From Candidatus Mediterraneibacter intestinipullorum (lineage in GTDB: Bacteria; Bacillota; Clostridia; Lachnospirales; Lachnospiraceae): a stretch of DNA of 64,000 nucleotides. Location: assembly GCA_019118665.1 (NCBI GenBank), contig DWYM01000083.1, positions 588-64,587 of the forward strand, given 5' to 3'. Both the position numbers and the translations under genes were made by a program. Positions 1 to 10,954 of this stretch are shown one piece after another. Position 1 is the first letter of the stretch; every line of letters starts with the position of its first letter. A model generated the notes under the pieces. The model did no database searches. It saw nothing but the letters and a program-made list of their open reading frames with translations, and had not been told where the DNA came from.

Positions 1-1250
1 TGCAAAATGACGTTGACGGTAAAGTTTTCCGTAAACTGTGTTTGGACCAGTCTTGCTTCCTGCTGCTTCAGGTCGTTGAGAAAACGGCCCAGCCCATCGA
101 AATCCCTTTGCTGATATAACGCATCCAAAGTGGTGACCTGGTGTCGGAATTCATGTCTGAGCGTTGCACTGTCCCGCATTTTCTGCTCAATGGCATGGTA
201 GCTGTCCAGAATGAGCCGGTTTTTCATTTCCAGTGTGTGCGTCTGTGTCTGCTGCCACATAAAGGAACACATAAGCCAGTAGGCCGAAATCAGCACGCAC
301 GCCAACGCCAGCCACAGGGTGAACCAGTAGAGCAGACCGTTGTAGATGCCAAACTGGAACAGCTCAGAAACCGACATGTTGATATAATAGGAAAGATACC
401 AGCCGCCCGCCAGGGAAATCAGATAGCCCGCCAGCAGCGCCCCGGCGCTCCATGCCGCCGCAATGCCCAGCATCTTCCAGAAATCGCGGCGTCGGTTCAT
501 CGCCAGATAGACCATCAGAGCCAAAGGCGCCAGCCAGGAAAGACCCTGCCAGCTGAAAATCCGCATCGCCGCTTCCGGCAGAAAGTAATAGCCGCAGCTT
601 GGAATCAGCCGATAGGCGGTCAGACTCAAAAGAGCCACTGACAAGGGAATCAGGCTCCACTCCACCTTTTTGCGAACAATGCTCAATAAAAACAAACCGG
701 CTGCCAGAAGAAAAGCCACTGAGGTAATTCCTGCAGGAATCCCGAACAGATTGGCGTAGGACATCGACTGGGCTTGATCTGCCCCAATGGGAACAAAGCG
801 TAAAAGCGGCGGGAACACAGTGTTCATGTTATCCAAAATCGTACAGGTCACTGTCAGTTCCCCGGTGGCATCCTCCTGGAGAGGGATATTTGCTGACGAC
901 ATACCGAGCGTCCCTTCCGGCAGCACAGCGGCGGAAGAATAGATTTCCTCACCGTTCAGGGATACGGACAGTTCCAAGCCGGAAGTTTCAAACATCAGAT
1001 ATCCGCTGCCCAGCCCTTCCGGCAAAATCGCTGTAAACCGAAAAGACCTGTCTTGCTCTGGCATAGTGGTGAAAGCATCGTCCAGTGCATAAGGCGTTTC
1101 CGCACCGTCCTCCCCAATCTGGACGGCGGACTGCCAGTCAATATATGTCATCTCTTTGTCTGTCACCGTAAACAGGCGCAGAAACCAGATGACAGCAGCG
1201 CACAGCGCAAGGAAGATCAGGGGACAGATCCAACGAGTTACTTTTTTCAT
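1..1250 (-). CDS. Membrane sensor histidine kinase, GHKL/AgrC-like (partial, runs off the left edge)
   Basis: Not in the ORF track. Manual translation from ATG 1250 gives MKKVTRWICPLIFLAL..., an extracellular domain, several TM helices, H-box LRHEFRHQ, then FTENFTVNVIL at the edge; GGAGG upstream. Confidence 0.8.
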   Translation of the reverse strand, partial: MKKVTRWICPLIFLALCAAVIWFLRLFTVTDKEMTYIDWQSAVQIGEDGAETPYALDDAFTTMPEQDRSFRFTAILPEGLGSGYLMFETSGLELSVSLNGEEIYSSAAVLPEGTLGMSSANIPLQEDATGELTVTCTILDNMNTVFPPLLRFVPIGADQAQSMSYANLFGIPAGITSVAFLLAAGLFLLSIVRKKVEWSLIPLSVALLSLTAYRLIPSCGYYFLPEAAMRIFSWQGLSWLAPLALMVYLAMNRRRDFWKMLGIAAAWSAGALLAGYLISLAGGWYLSYYINMSVSELFQFGIYNGLLYWFTLWLALACVLISAYWLMCSFMWQQTQTHTLEMKNRLILDSYHAIEQKMRDSATLRHEFRHQVTTLDALYQQRDFDGLGRFLNDLKQQEARLVQTQFTENFTVNVIL

Positions 1251-1333
1251 GTATCCACATCCTCCATTCAGCAAATTGATAAATTTAGTTTATATGAAAC
1301 TGATCCCAGTTACAAGCTGAAAAGGGATTTTCT

Positions 1334-1396
1334 GCGTAAACGACCGTGTTTTCGGCGTAAACGACACGCTTATAAAACGGATCCTTATGATACAAT
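1334..1396 (+). promoter_or_regulatory. Promoter with LytTR-type direct repeats
   Basis: GCGTAAACGAC at 1334 and 1355 (21-bp period) just upstream of the -35 position of an extended -10 TGaTACAAT (1388-1396). Confidence 0.6.
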
Positions 1397-1514
1397 GAAT
1401 TTGACAAGCTATATTAAAGCGGAGAAAAAATCGTGGGGAATATTTCCTTTATCCTTTGGCGCTCTCCAAAGGATAAAGCCCCCTGCTTGTACAGCAGCTT
1501 TCGGAGGTATACAC

Positions 1515-2042
1515 ATGGCAAAAAAACAAGGAATCGTATTGACGAAACAAAAACTGGCAGTCATTGTGATCATTGTCCTGCTACTGGTGGCAGGAGGCGT
1601 GATTGTAGGTCTGAACTGGAATAACTGGTTTGGCAGTGAACAACCGGTCAGGCAGCCGGATCTGGACGGAAACGCCGTAGACTGGCTGGGCGAGCAGCCG
1701 GACAGTGAGCCACAGGCCGGGGACGGTCAGGCGGGGATCGCTATCCCGGGCTACAAATCGATTTCATTAAAAGCCGATCAGGCACAGCAGAACGTGAACC
1801 TCTATAATCCGGAGGTCAACGGCTGCTACTTTGTAATGAGTCTGCTCCTGCCGGACGGGACGGAGATCTGGAAGTTCAAGATGATCGCTCCGGGCAAGGG
1901 ACTGTATGAAATTACGCTCAGTCAAACGGTTTCGGCGGGTACATACGAAAACAGTATTCTGAAATACGAGTGCTATAAGATGGACGACAGTCTGACTCTG
2001 CTTAACGGCAGCGAGGTCAAATTAACTTTGGAGGTGGGATGA
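1515..2042 (+). CDS. Membrane-anchored hypothetical protein (one N-terminal TM plus beta-rich domain)
   Basis: GGAGG RBS before ATG 1515; TM LAVIVIIVLLLVAGGVIVGL; motif IAIPGY...NPEVNGCYF...IAPG that I recall from clostridial surface-protein clusters. Confidence 0.75.
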   Translation: MAKKQGIVLTKQKLAVIVIIVLLLVAGGVIVGLNWNNWFGSEQPVRQPDLDGNAVDWLGEQPDSEPQAGDGQAGIAIPGYKSISLKADQAQQNVNLYNPEVNGCYFVMSLLLPDGTEIWKFKMIAPGKGLYEITLSQTVSAGTYENSILKYECYKMDDSLTLLNGSEVKLTLEVG

Positions 2043-5000
2043 TGACACACAGATGGAAACGAAAGAGCCTGTCCCTGCTGCTGGCGGCGGCGGTGCAGGT
2101 ATTGAAGTGCCTGAAGGCTCCAGCCTGAACTTAAAGGGTAGTGGTGTCCTGAACGCTACGGGCGGCAATGTGGGCAACGTCCTGGATGGAGGCACTACGC
2201 CAAATGGGTTTTCCACTTCCGTGGGAGGCGCTGGAGGAGGCGGCGCGGGCGCCGGGATTGGAGGAAAAGGCGGCAACCACGATCTAAAACCGCATGCCGG
2301 CTCCATTACCATTGACGATAAAAGCCTTTTAGTTTATGCCAATGGTGGAAAAGGCGGTCAAGGCGGAGCAGGAGCTGACGGTGGAGATGCCAGGCGGGTT
2401 GGCGAGATAAAGCAAAGCAATGGTTTTTATATGCTTGCCTCATACAACGATGCGGAAGTTGTTTATGAAGGCGGAGCCGCAGGTAAAAGAGGTGCTGCCG
2501 GTGGTCAGGGCGGTAGGGATGACGCATATGCGATCATTGTTATAACCGTGCTGGTGGTATACATTCCGGAAACCTGGTGCGCTGCAGGCGGAGGCGGCGG
2601 GGCCGGTGGTCTGGGCTATGTCAGCGGTGGAGGCGGCGGGGCCGGAGCTGCCAGCATCGGTCAGTTTTCCGTCACATCGACCGGGAGTGTCCGTTTCAAA
2701 ACACCTTCGGCAGAGGATCAGGAAAAACTGAAGGGATACGGTGGAGGACCCGGAGCGGATGGCACAGATCCTCGATTTTTGCAATATACCTATGAGGGAA
2801 AAACAGCCACTACTGCCAAGAGCGGCAAATCAGGCTTACTAGGAGGATCCGGGCAGGCGGGGACTGCAACTGACCGTCTGCGGCAGGCTGCGGATGGTGT
2901 TCAGGACAGCCTCGTACCCAATCTCAGCGGCAGAGGCGCCGATGTGACCATAAGCGGCGGTCTGGTTTTTGCCGCCTGCGGAGGCGAAAATAAAAGCAGC
3001 GGCGGCTTTAGCGCACAGAACGTGGGTGCCGGTGGCAGCGCTCTGTCTTCTTTCGGAAGTGGTTCACTGAAGATCTTGGGCGGCAGTCTGCATACGACAG
3101 ACAATATCGTGACGCCGACAAACGCGGCCGGAGAGCAGCTCTATCCGGTGACGATTTACCCAAGCGAGACAAATTCCGGTGATCAGAATAAGCGTCCGAC
3201 TGTCATTGTGGACGGTGACGACTGGGATATTTCCCGGTTCGGAAACGACAACTGCGAGATTATTCTCTGGCTGCCGGATTCTCCCACGGATGAGGAAGGG
3301 ATTGTGCCTTATGAGGTGGCCATTGACCAGCCTACTCCGACTGCATATAATGTTACGGTCATCGATGGGAAGGCAACGCTCACCACATCGCAAAAGACGT
3401 ATCTCTTCTGTGATATGTGGTCGCACCGGCTCACCATAAATGAGAATCGATATACTCTGGAGAAGGTAGAAAGAAATGACATCAAGGGCAAGGATGTGTT
3501 CTATATCGTAAAGCAGGGCCGTATAGATGAAAACACACAGGTTGTCCTTACATGGGTGGATCGTTCGGACGAAATATGGTTTGTGGAGGCTAGGCCATAC
3601 GAAAAGGGCTGGGTTTATGTGGAATCAGTCGGAGATTATGAATACTCGATCACTCTCGATGGGTGCAGGCTGTTTGATCTTTCCGTGTCCGACGCTTATG
3701 ACGGAGGTGAGAATAACGTTCATGTGAAGGTTAATGCCGTGGGTGAAGAGAGCAGGATCGATACCCTGACCGTTATGGCCCCTGCGTCCCAGGTTACCTT
3801 TGAAGGGGAAGTGGACAGCAAGCTGTCCATCGGCTCCCTTTCTGGAGCAGAATGGCCGGATTTTTGGGTGGAATCGGTTCAAAACAAAGTCATACTCCAA
3901 TATGAACCTGTCACAAGATGGCCGACGGAAGCCGTTCATTCTGTGAGGGGCAGTTATCTGGGCGATCTGATCCTGACGGCAGGTTACGACACAAATGGAG
4001 CGAAGAAGTTATTGAATGACCAAGGAATATCCTACGATCAGTTTTTCCCGATAAATTTAAATATTGATACTCCTTACAAGTATATGTATCTGGCTGTGAA
4101 GATTCCCGAAACACCTTGGGAAGCCAATTCCTATGAAACGGAAACTGATTATCCGGCCGCTCAGAGCGGCAAGATCTACGATATTATGCAGATTGTTTTT
4201 GATGAGGCTACTCCTCCGCCAGAAGTATACGAAACAGACTACGGCAAGTATCGCCCTGTTAACAATATCGAACGCGGTAATCCTGAGGGCGATCTGTGCC
4301 CGGACATGCCCCCGGATATATATATCTATGTACTGCACGAAGAAGACGTAAATTGGGAGAATTGGAACAAGCGGGAGGAACAGGGATATAGCACCAACCC
4401 GATTACAAATATCCAGTTTTTCAGGGGAAGAAACAGCGCCTATTGCACAGATTGTTTCTGTGAGTGGGCAAAGTCCAGATATATAGACAAAAACGGAAAT
4501 ATAAAAGATGAAGACACCTTTAATTGGCAAGAAGTTTATGGTCGGAGCACTTACCTTTATCTGGCCATCGGCAGGAACTACGGATGCTCAGATACCAGCA
4601 ATGGGCAGCCCTATACGGAGGTGTTTCCAATGAGACACATCACGGCGGCACCGTGGTGATGAACAGCAGCGGAAAGGTTGTGGTTGACAAACTGACGTCC
4701 ATGGGTACTGAAAAAGAATTCTACGGAACCCCGTCGATCGAGGTCAACAGCGGCTATCTGGAAATCAAAAAACTGAATCTGAACACCGATACGATACAGC
4801 CGGAATACAGTGAGGTTATGGATCCGTCGCCGGACTGCGAGAGCACAGATCATGATGCCGGTTCCTATCAGGAGATTACATGGGTGGATTATTACGGCAA
4901 TAACAAGCTGGGGAATGTGACGGTTAACGGCGGCACGATGAAGATCGGAGACGGAATGGGCTCAGTGACAGACCCGGGCAGTAAGGATTTCGTAACGGAA

Positions 5001-6942
5001 GGTACTGTTAACGTAGCGCCCGGCGGCAGCCTGCTCAGCGGTGATGCGCAAAGCGGCAAAATTAAGCTGGAAATTACCGGACTGCCGGCCGATGCGCATA
5101 TTTTCTCCATTATAAACTCGGCTGGGGATGGCATGCTGGGCAATTATGCGAACCTGGATGCATGGACCAACAGCAACGGCAGCTTTGTCACCTATGTGAC
5201 CAACGCAGATAACGGCAAGGCCTTTATCTTTGCCGACGACGACGGCAACGCATATTCATATGTTATCCGGGTTTCTGGAAGCAGGGCCACGGCTGTGAAG
5301 CAAACGCTGCCGGAAAGGCCGGAAAACTTTACGGACGGTACGGTATACATGTACCCCCCATTATATCGTATGGAAGGATACCGTCTACAATCGTCCGTCC
5401 ACGACGCTGAATCCGGAACAGCTAGAAGCAGACATTGTTCTGATGGACGGCGCCGAACTCGTACTGGATACGGAAAGCACCCTTGCTTCCAATTCCAATA
5501 TTACCGGAGACGGCAGCCTGACCCTGACCGGGGAAGGCATTAAGGGCAGCGGTCGGATTGCGGTTACAACCCTGACAGTTCTCGACGGTACGGTGGATGT
5601 TTCCCAGATCGAATGCGAGCTTGTTCAGATCCAGGGTGGTTCCGTCCGAACGGAAGCGGACAGTCCCAGCCTTTCTGGAGCCGGAAACGGAACCGAATCG
5701 GTTTATCAGACGGTCCTTCCCGCATGGAGCACGGATGTAAAGGTAGATGGGGAAGCTTATGCGGTTTCCGGCAATGGCCACAATGATGAGCAAATGTATC
5801 TTTATCTCCCGGCCAACACCCAGATGGCAGAAGTGGGAGAAAGGGTATTCCTCCTTTCCTTCGACGAAGACACAAAGACGATGAGTGTGCTGGAACGGCA
5901 TAAAGGCAACAGCGAAATTGACCTGACCCGGAGCAGCGCCGAAATCCTGTCGGATGACCTGTACATCTACAACGATTTGCTGTATCAGAACACCAATGGA
6001 TCGACCTACACCATCACCGGTAAAACGAAGCACAACACTCTGACCGTTTCCGGCGGAAATCCGAGCATCACGCTGAACAGCGCTACCCTCAATAGTGCAG
6101 GCGGAAGCCCCATTGATATCCAGTCGGGCGTGTCTGCTGCCATCATCCTTCAGGGAGAAAGTGCCCTGACGGGAGTGGCTGGCTTCCCGGCCATCCGTGT
6201 GCCGGATGGTGCGGAAGTGACAATCCAGGGCAGCGGTGTACTGAATGCATACGGCGGCCAGTATGCGGCGGCAATCGGAGGCGCACAGCAGGAAGTGAAT
6301 GGGAAAATCACCATAAACGGCGGGACGCTGAACCTTTATGGCAACGGCAATGTGGCAGCGGGCGCAGGCCAAGACATACCCACACCGGAGGGAAGCATTG
6401 TCATCACCGGCGGCTCTGTGAAGGCAGATAATGACACAGACGGAGACGCTTTCGGCACAATACCGATGAATGCAGATGGGAAAGCATTGGTGCTCCTGGT
6501 ATTCCCGATTGAGGTGGAAAGCATCTTGATCGATGGCAAAGAGAGCAATGCGCCGGCCGCTAACGACGATAACCTTCGCTATCTCTACGTTCTGCCGCAG
6601 AAAACAATCGTTACAGCGGATGGAAAAGAGCATCTGGCCATGCCCCTGACCTTTGGCGAGACGGAAAACGGCGTTTTGGAGGCTTTTTATGAAATCAACG
6701 GAGAGCAGATTCCTCTAAGTACCGGGGACATGGTGCTGGAGGGAATGACGATCTCTCTGACCTCCGTGCCAGACAATGGATACGGCCTGCGAAGCGGACC
6801 TGCCAGCGGCAGTTATATCATGAAAGCGGATGGAGATGAATTGATTCTTTCTCCTGCTGCAGGACTACCGGCGACGATACAGTCCAAGGACAGTTGGGAG
6901 CCCATTTTCCAGGAAGATCAGACCCTTCTCCAGGTACTCTGA
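2039..6942 (+). pseudogene. Giant secreted surface protein, disrupted (ORFs 2053-4659, 4524-5543, 5443-6942)
   Basis: Signal-peptide start MMTHRWKRKSLSLLLA at 2039 is out of frame with the body; frame changes near 4620 and at C6 run 5354-5359; recurring I.VP.G...I.GSGVLNA.GG modules; C-terminus runs into the LysR remnant. Confidence 0.75.
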
Positions 6943-7317
6943 CACATAGGCAGAGTTCCCGCTGGAGATATGGTAATGGATACCGGGATAGCGGCTCTGG
7001 AGTGCCTGAGCTGCCCTCGCGATCAGACGGACTCCATCTGTTTCTCCGGTTCCGATATAGACGTCGCCCATGACGATATCATCACTTATGCTGATCTCAT
7101 TTTCTGTTCTTCTGACCAGATCCAGGATTTCTTCTGTCAAAGTCACTTTGCGGGAACCTTTCGTCCCGCGTATGAGAAGCTGCTTTCCGAGTTCTCTTTC
7201 CAGACCCTTGATCTGAGTGGAGAGTGTGGGCTGAGAAAGGTGAAGGCTTTCCGCAGCGTGTATGATGCTCTGTTCCCTTGCAATGGCAAGAAAATAATTC
7301 AGGACCCGCAGTTCCAT
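6865..7317 (-). pseudogene. LysR-family regulator, internally deleted and C-terminally truncated
   Basis: HTH MELRVLNYFLAIAREQSIIHAAESLHLSQPTLS; only 150 aa versus about 290 typical; linker reads LTEEILDL; LysR similarity ends after EKGLI. Confidence 0.85.
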
Positions 7318-7506
7318 AGTATCTTCCTTTCTGGATTTAATGTTATATATACTTATTATATAAGTTCAGAGGAAGATGTACAATATATAACTAGAGAAAA
7401 ACTATTGAGATGTATAATCTATAAATATTTGAAATGTGATGCCGCGAAGACTAAAATAAAAGCATAAGAAATGATAAAAAACCGGATCTGGAAGGAGGGA
7501 ACAGAT

Positions 7507-8676
7507 ATGTTAGGAAATTTTGAATATTGTAATCCGACGAAACTTTATTTTGGAGATGGATCACTGAACTACTTAAATACAGAACTTCCGAAATACGTCG
7601 ATAATGTAGTTCTGATCTACGGCGGCGGTTCTGTTAAAAAGAATGGGATCTATGATGATGTATGCCGGATATTGAAAGACAATGGGAAAAATGTGGCGGA
7701 GATTTCCGGTGTCATGCCGAATCCGACCCTGGAAAAGCTGTATGAAGGTGTGGAGATCGCAAAGAATCATCGCGCGGATCTTCTTCTTGCCGTAGGAGGC
7801 GGCTCTGTCTGTGATTATGCGAAGGCTGTCTCTGTGTCTGTGAATTGTGAGGAAGATCCGTGGGAGAAGTACTACATCCGCTTTGAAGAACCGGACTGCG
7901 AGATTATTCCGGTGGGATGCGTCCTGACAATGGTGGGGACCGGATCAGAGATGAACGCGGGAGCGGTCATCACAAACCATGAGACAAAGCAGAAGATCGG
8001 GCATGTCTTTGCGGACGAGAAGATCATGCCCAGGTTTTCTGTCCTGAATCCGAAGTATACACTGACACTGCCGCATTATCAGATGGTGGCAGGGATTTAT
8101 GATATCTTCAATCATATCTGCGAGCAGTATTTCTCCGGACAGGATGACAATACCAGCGATTACATCAGTGAAGGCCTGATGCGTTCACTGCTTCATTCCA
8201 GCCGTATCGCAAAGAATGATCCTCAGGATTATGAAGCCCGGAGCAATATCATGTGGACCGCTACATGGGCGCTGAACACTCTCGTTTCAAAAGGCAAATC
8301 TACGGACTGGATGGTGCATATGTTAGGTCAGTCAGTGGGGGCTTACACAGACGCTACGCACGGCATGACTCTGGCAGCTGTCTCCCTTCCTTACTATCGT
8401 CATATCATGCCATACGGACTGCAGAAGTTTAAACGTTTTGCCATTAATGTATGGGATGTGGATCCAAGCGGAAGGACCGATGAGCAGATTGCTGAAGAGG
8501 GACTCAAGGCCATGGAAGGCTGGATGAAAGAGCTGGGACTTGTCCTGAAAATTTCCGAACTGGGAGCTACGGAAGAGATGCTGGACGGTATCGCAGACGG
8601 TACGCGGATCATGCAGGGGGGATATAAAGTTCTTGAGTGGGATGAAGTGAAGGCAATCCTGAAAGAAAGCATGTAG
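7507..8676 (+). CDS. Iron-containing alcohol dehydrogenase (BdhA/YqhD-like)
   Basis: NPTKLYFG, GGGSV twice, GTGSEMN, HICEQYFS, HMLGQ, HGMTLA. Confidence 0.9.
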   Translation: MLGNFEYCNPTKLYFGDGSLNYLNTELPKYVDNVVLIYGGGSVKKNGIYDDVCRILKDNGKNVAEISGVMPNPTLEKLYEGVEIAKNHRADLLLAVGGGSVCDYAKAVSVSVNCEEDPWEKYYIRFEEPDCEIIPVGCVLTMVGTGSEMNAGAVITNHETKQKIGHVFADEKIMPRFSVLNPKYTLTLPHYQMVAGIYDIFNHICEQYFSGQDDNTSDYISEGLMRSLLHSSRIAKNDPQDYEARSNIMWTATWALNTLVSKGKSTDWMVHMLGQSVGAYTDATHGMTLAAVSLPYYRHIMPYGLQKFKRFAINVWDVDPSGRTDEQIAEEGLKAMEGWMKELGLVLKISELGATEEMLDGIADGTRIMQGGYKVLEWDEVKAILKESM

Positions 8677-8761
8677 GCAAAATGTGCCGGGGTGGAGAGC
8701 TTCTGCCCCGGTATTTTGCTGGGGAATAAAGGATGATGTCAGTAATATCAGGAGGATGTTT

Positions 8762-9637
8762 ATGAGTACAGAAACAAATAAGATCAGACAGGAATACCTG
8801 ACAGGAGAGCGGGCCCTGTTTCAGGCAAAAGAAATGGAAATTTACGATACTACATTCGCTGACGGTGAGTCGCCTTTAAAAGAAAGCCGGGATATCAAAC
8901 TTTATGGGAGCATGTTCAAATGGAAATATCCGCTCTGGTACAGCCGGGATATTCTTGCCGAGGACTGTACATGGTTTGAGATGGCAAGGGCAGGCGTCTG
9001 GTATACAGATAATATTACTGTGAAAAATGCCCTGATCGAAGCGCCGAAAAATTTCAGACGCTGTCAGGGAGTCACGCTGGATCATGTTGATTTTCCGAAT
9101 GCCGGGGAAACACTGTGGAACTGCGCTGACGTGAAGATGGATCATGTGACCGCAAGAGGGGATTATTTTGCTATGAACAGCCGGGATATGGTCATCCATG
9201 ACTTTCAGCTTGTAGGAAATTATTCTTTTGACGGAGCAAAAAATATAGAGATCCATCATGCGAAGATGCTCTCAAAGGACGCGTTCTGGAACAGTGAAAA
9301 CATTACGGTATATGACTCATTTATCTCCGGGGAGTATCTTGGGTGGAACGCGAAGAACCTGACACTTATCAACTGTACGGTCGAGAGTCTGCAGGGAATG
9401 TGTTACATCGAAAACCTGGTGATGAAAAACTGCCGGCTTTTAAACACGACACTTGCGTTTGAGTATTCTACCGTAGACGCTGAGATCCACGGAAAGATCG
9501 ACAGTGTGATGAACCCCTCCGGCGGCATCATCCGGGCGGATGAGATCGGGGAACTGATTCTGGATAAGGATAAGGTCGATCCGGCCCGGACAAAGATCAT
9601 CTGCGGCGGAGCGGTATGTGCAAAAGAATGCGCCTGA
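8762..9637 (+). CDS. DUF3737 family protein (beta-helix)
   Basis: GERALF...GESPLKES...FKWKYPLW...GEYLGWN...ESLQGMCY...TTLAFEYS. Confidence 0.85.
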   Translation: MSTETNKIRQEYLTGERALFQAKEMEIYDTTFADGESPLKESRDIKLYGSMFKWKYPLWYSRDILAEDCTWFEMARAGVWYTDNITVKNALIEAPKNFRRCQGVTLDHVDFPNAGETLWNCADVKMDHVTARGDYFAMNSRDMVIHDFQLVGNYSFDGAKNIEIHHAKMLSKDAFWNSENITVYDSFISGEYLGWNAKNLTLINCTVESLQGMCYIENLVMKNCRLLNTTLAFEYSTVDAEIHGKIDSVMNPSGGIIRADEIGELILDKDKVDPARTKIICGGAVCAKECA

Positions 9638-9692
9638 GCGGGCGTGTCCATATGTAACCGGCTGACTGCACAGACACGGAGGAAAAGATATC

Positions 9693-10892
9693 ATGAAGTA
9701 TAATTTTGATCTGCCTGTAAACCGGAGAGGAACCTATTCACTAAAGTGGGATGTGCCGGAAAATGAACTTCCTATGTGGGTTGCGGACATGGATTTTGAA
9801 ACAGCCCCGGAGATCAGGGAAGCTATTATGAGGCGCGCTTCACATGGAATATTCGGTTATACGGCCGTGCCGGAAGAATGGTACTGGGCGATCGGAAGCT
9901 GGTGGCAGGAGCGGTATCATTTTTGTATGGAGAAAGACTGGGTGATTTTCTGCACAGGCGTTGTGCCCGCCATATCCAGTATCGTGAGGAAAATGACTGA
10001 CGTGGGAGAGAAGATCGTACTTCTCACACCGGTATACAATATTTTTTTCAATTCCATTGTAAATAACGGAAGATATGTAATCGAAAGTGCGTTGCGATAT
10101 GAAAACGGTGGATATTCGATCGATCTTCCTGACCTGGAAGAAAAGCTTGCAGACCCGCAGGCAACAATGATGATCTTCTGCAATCCCCACAACCCCATAG
10201 GAAAGATATGGGATCGGGATACATTGGAGAAGGTGGGGGAGCTCTGTGAGAAATATCATGTGCTGGTGGTGTCCGACGAGATTCACTGCGATCTGACAGA
10301 TCCGGGGAGAGAGTATCTTCCCTTTGCCTCAGTTTCAGAATCATGCAGAAATAACAGTATCACATGCATTGCGCCTACAAAGACGTTTAATCTCGCGGGT
10401 CTGCAGACTGCGGCGGTAGTCGTGCCGGATGGGTCCCTGCGGCATAAGGTCTGGAGAGGGCTGAACACAGATGAAGTGGCGGAGCCAAATGTGTTTGCGG
10501 TGACAGCAGCCATCGCGGCGTGGGAGAAGGGCGCTCCCTGGCTGGAAGAGTTGAGAGCATATTTGTTTGAAAACAAGTGTGCGGCGGCGAAATTCATCCA
10601 GACGCAGATTCCGGAAGTAAGCCTTGTCCGGTCAGAGGCTACTTATCTTCTGTGGCTGGACTGCCGCAAGGTCACAGAGAACGATAAGAAGCTGGCGGGA
10701 TTTCTGCGCGCGGAAACAGGGCTTTATCTGTGTGCGGGGAGTGAGTATGGGAAAGCCGGTAGGGGCTTTTTAAGAATGAATATCGCCTGTACCAGAGAGG
10801 TTTTGGAGGAGGGGCTGACACAGCTGAAAAGAGGGATCCGAATATTGGATCGGCAGGAAGGCGGATTTAAGAAGTCAGACTTCCTGAAATAA
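9693..10892 (+). CDS. patB: MalY/PatB-type PLP-dependent C-S lyase
   Basis: LPMWVADMDF, CNPHNPIG, SDEIHCDL, PTKTFNLAGL, EATYLLWLD. Confidence 0.9.
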   Translation: MKYNFDLPVNRRGTYSLKWDVPENELPMWVADMDFETAPEIREAIMRRASHGIFGYTAVPEEWYWAIGSWWQERYHFCMEKDWVIFCTGVVPAISSIVRKMTDVGEKIVLLTPVYNIFFNSIVNNGRYVIESALRYENGGYSIDLPDLEEKLADPQATMMIFCNPHNPIGKIWDRDTLEKVGELCEKYHVLVVSDEIHCDLTDPGREYLPFASVSESCRNNSITCIAPTKTFNLAGLQTAAVVVPDGSLRHKVWRGLNTDEVAEPNVFAVTAAIAAWEKGAPWLEELRAYLFENKCAAAKFIQTQIPEVSLVRSEATYLLWLDCRKVTENDKKLAGFLRAETGLYLCAGSEYGKAGRGFLRMNIACTREVLEEGLTQLKRGIRILDRQEGGFKKSDFLK

Positions 10893-10894
10893 AT

Positions 10895-10924
10895 GTATAA
10901 ACAGCCTGTACGCGGTCATAGGAT
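10895..10924 (+). promoter_or_regulatory. Candidate sporulation (sigmaE-like) promoter
   Basis: gtATA-17 nt-CATAggaT upstream of the C39-like gene. Confidence 0.4.
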
Positions 10925-10954
10925 AGCTGTGATGAAGAAGGCGGAGAGAGGCAG

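Noticed and set aside
1053-1514. N-terminal 154 aa of ORF 1053-2042
   Set aside because: Overlaps the kinase gene and promoter; the RBS supports ATG 1515.
5422-6633. 403-aa antisense ORF
   Set aside because: Shadow of the surface-protein frame; no motif or RBS.
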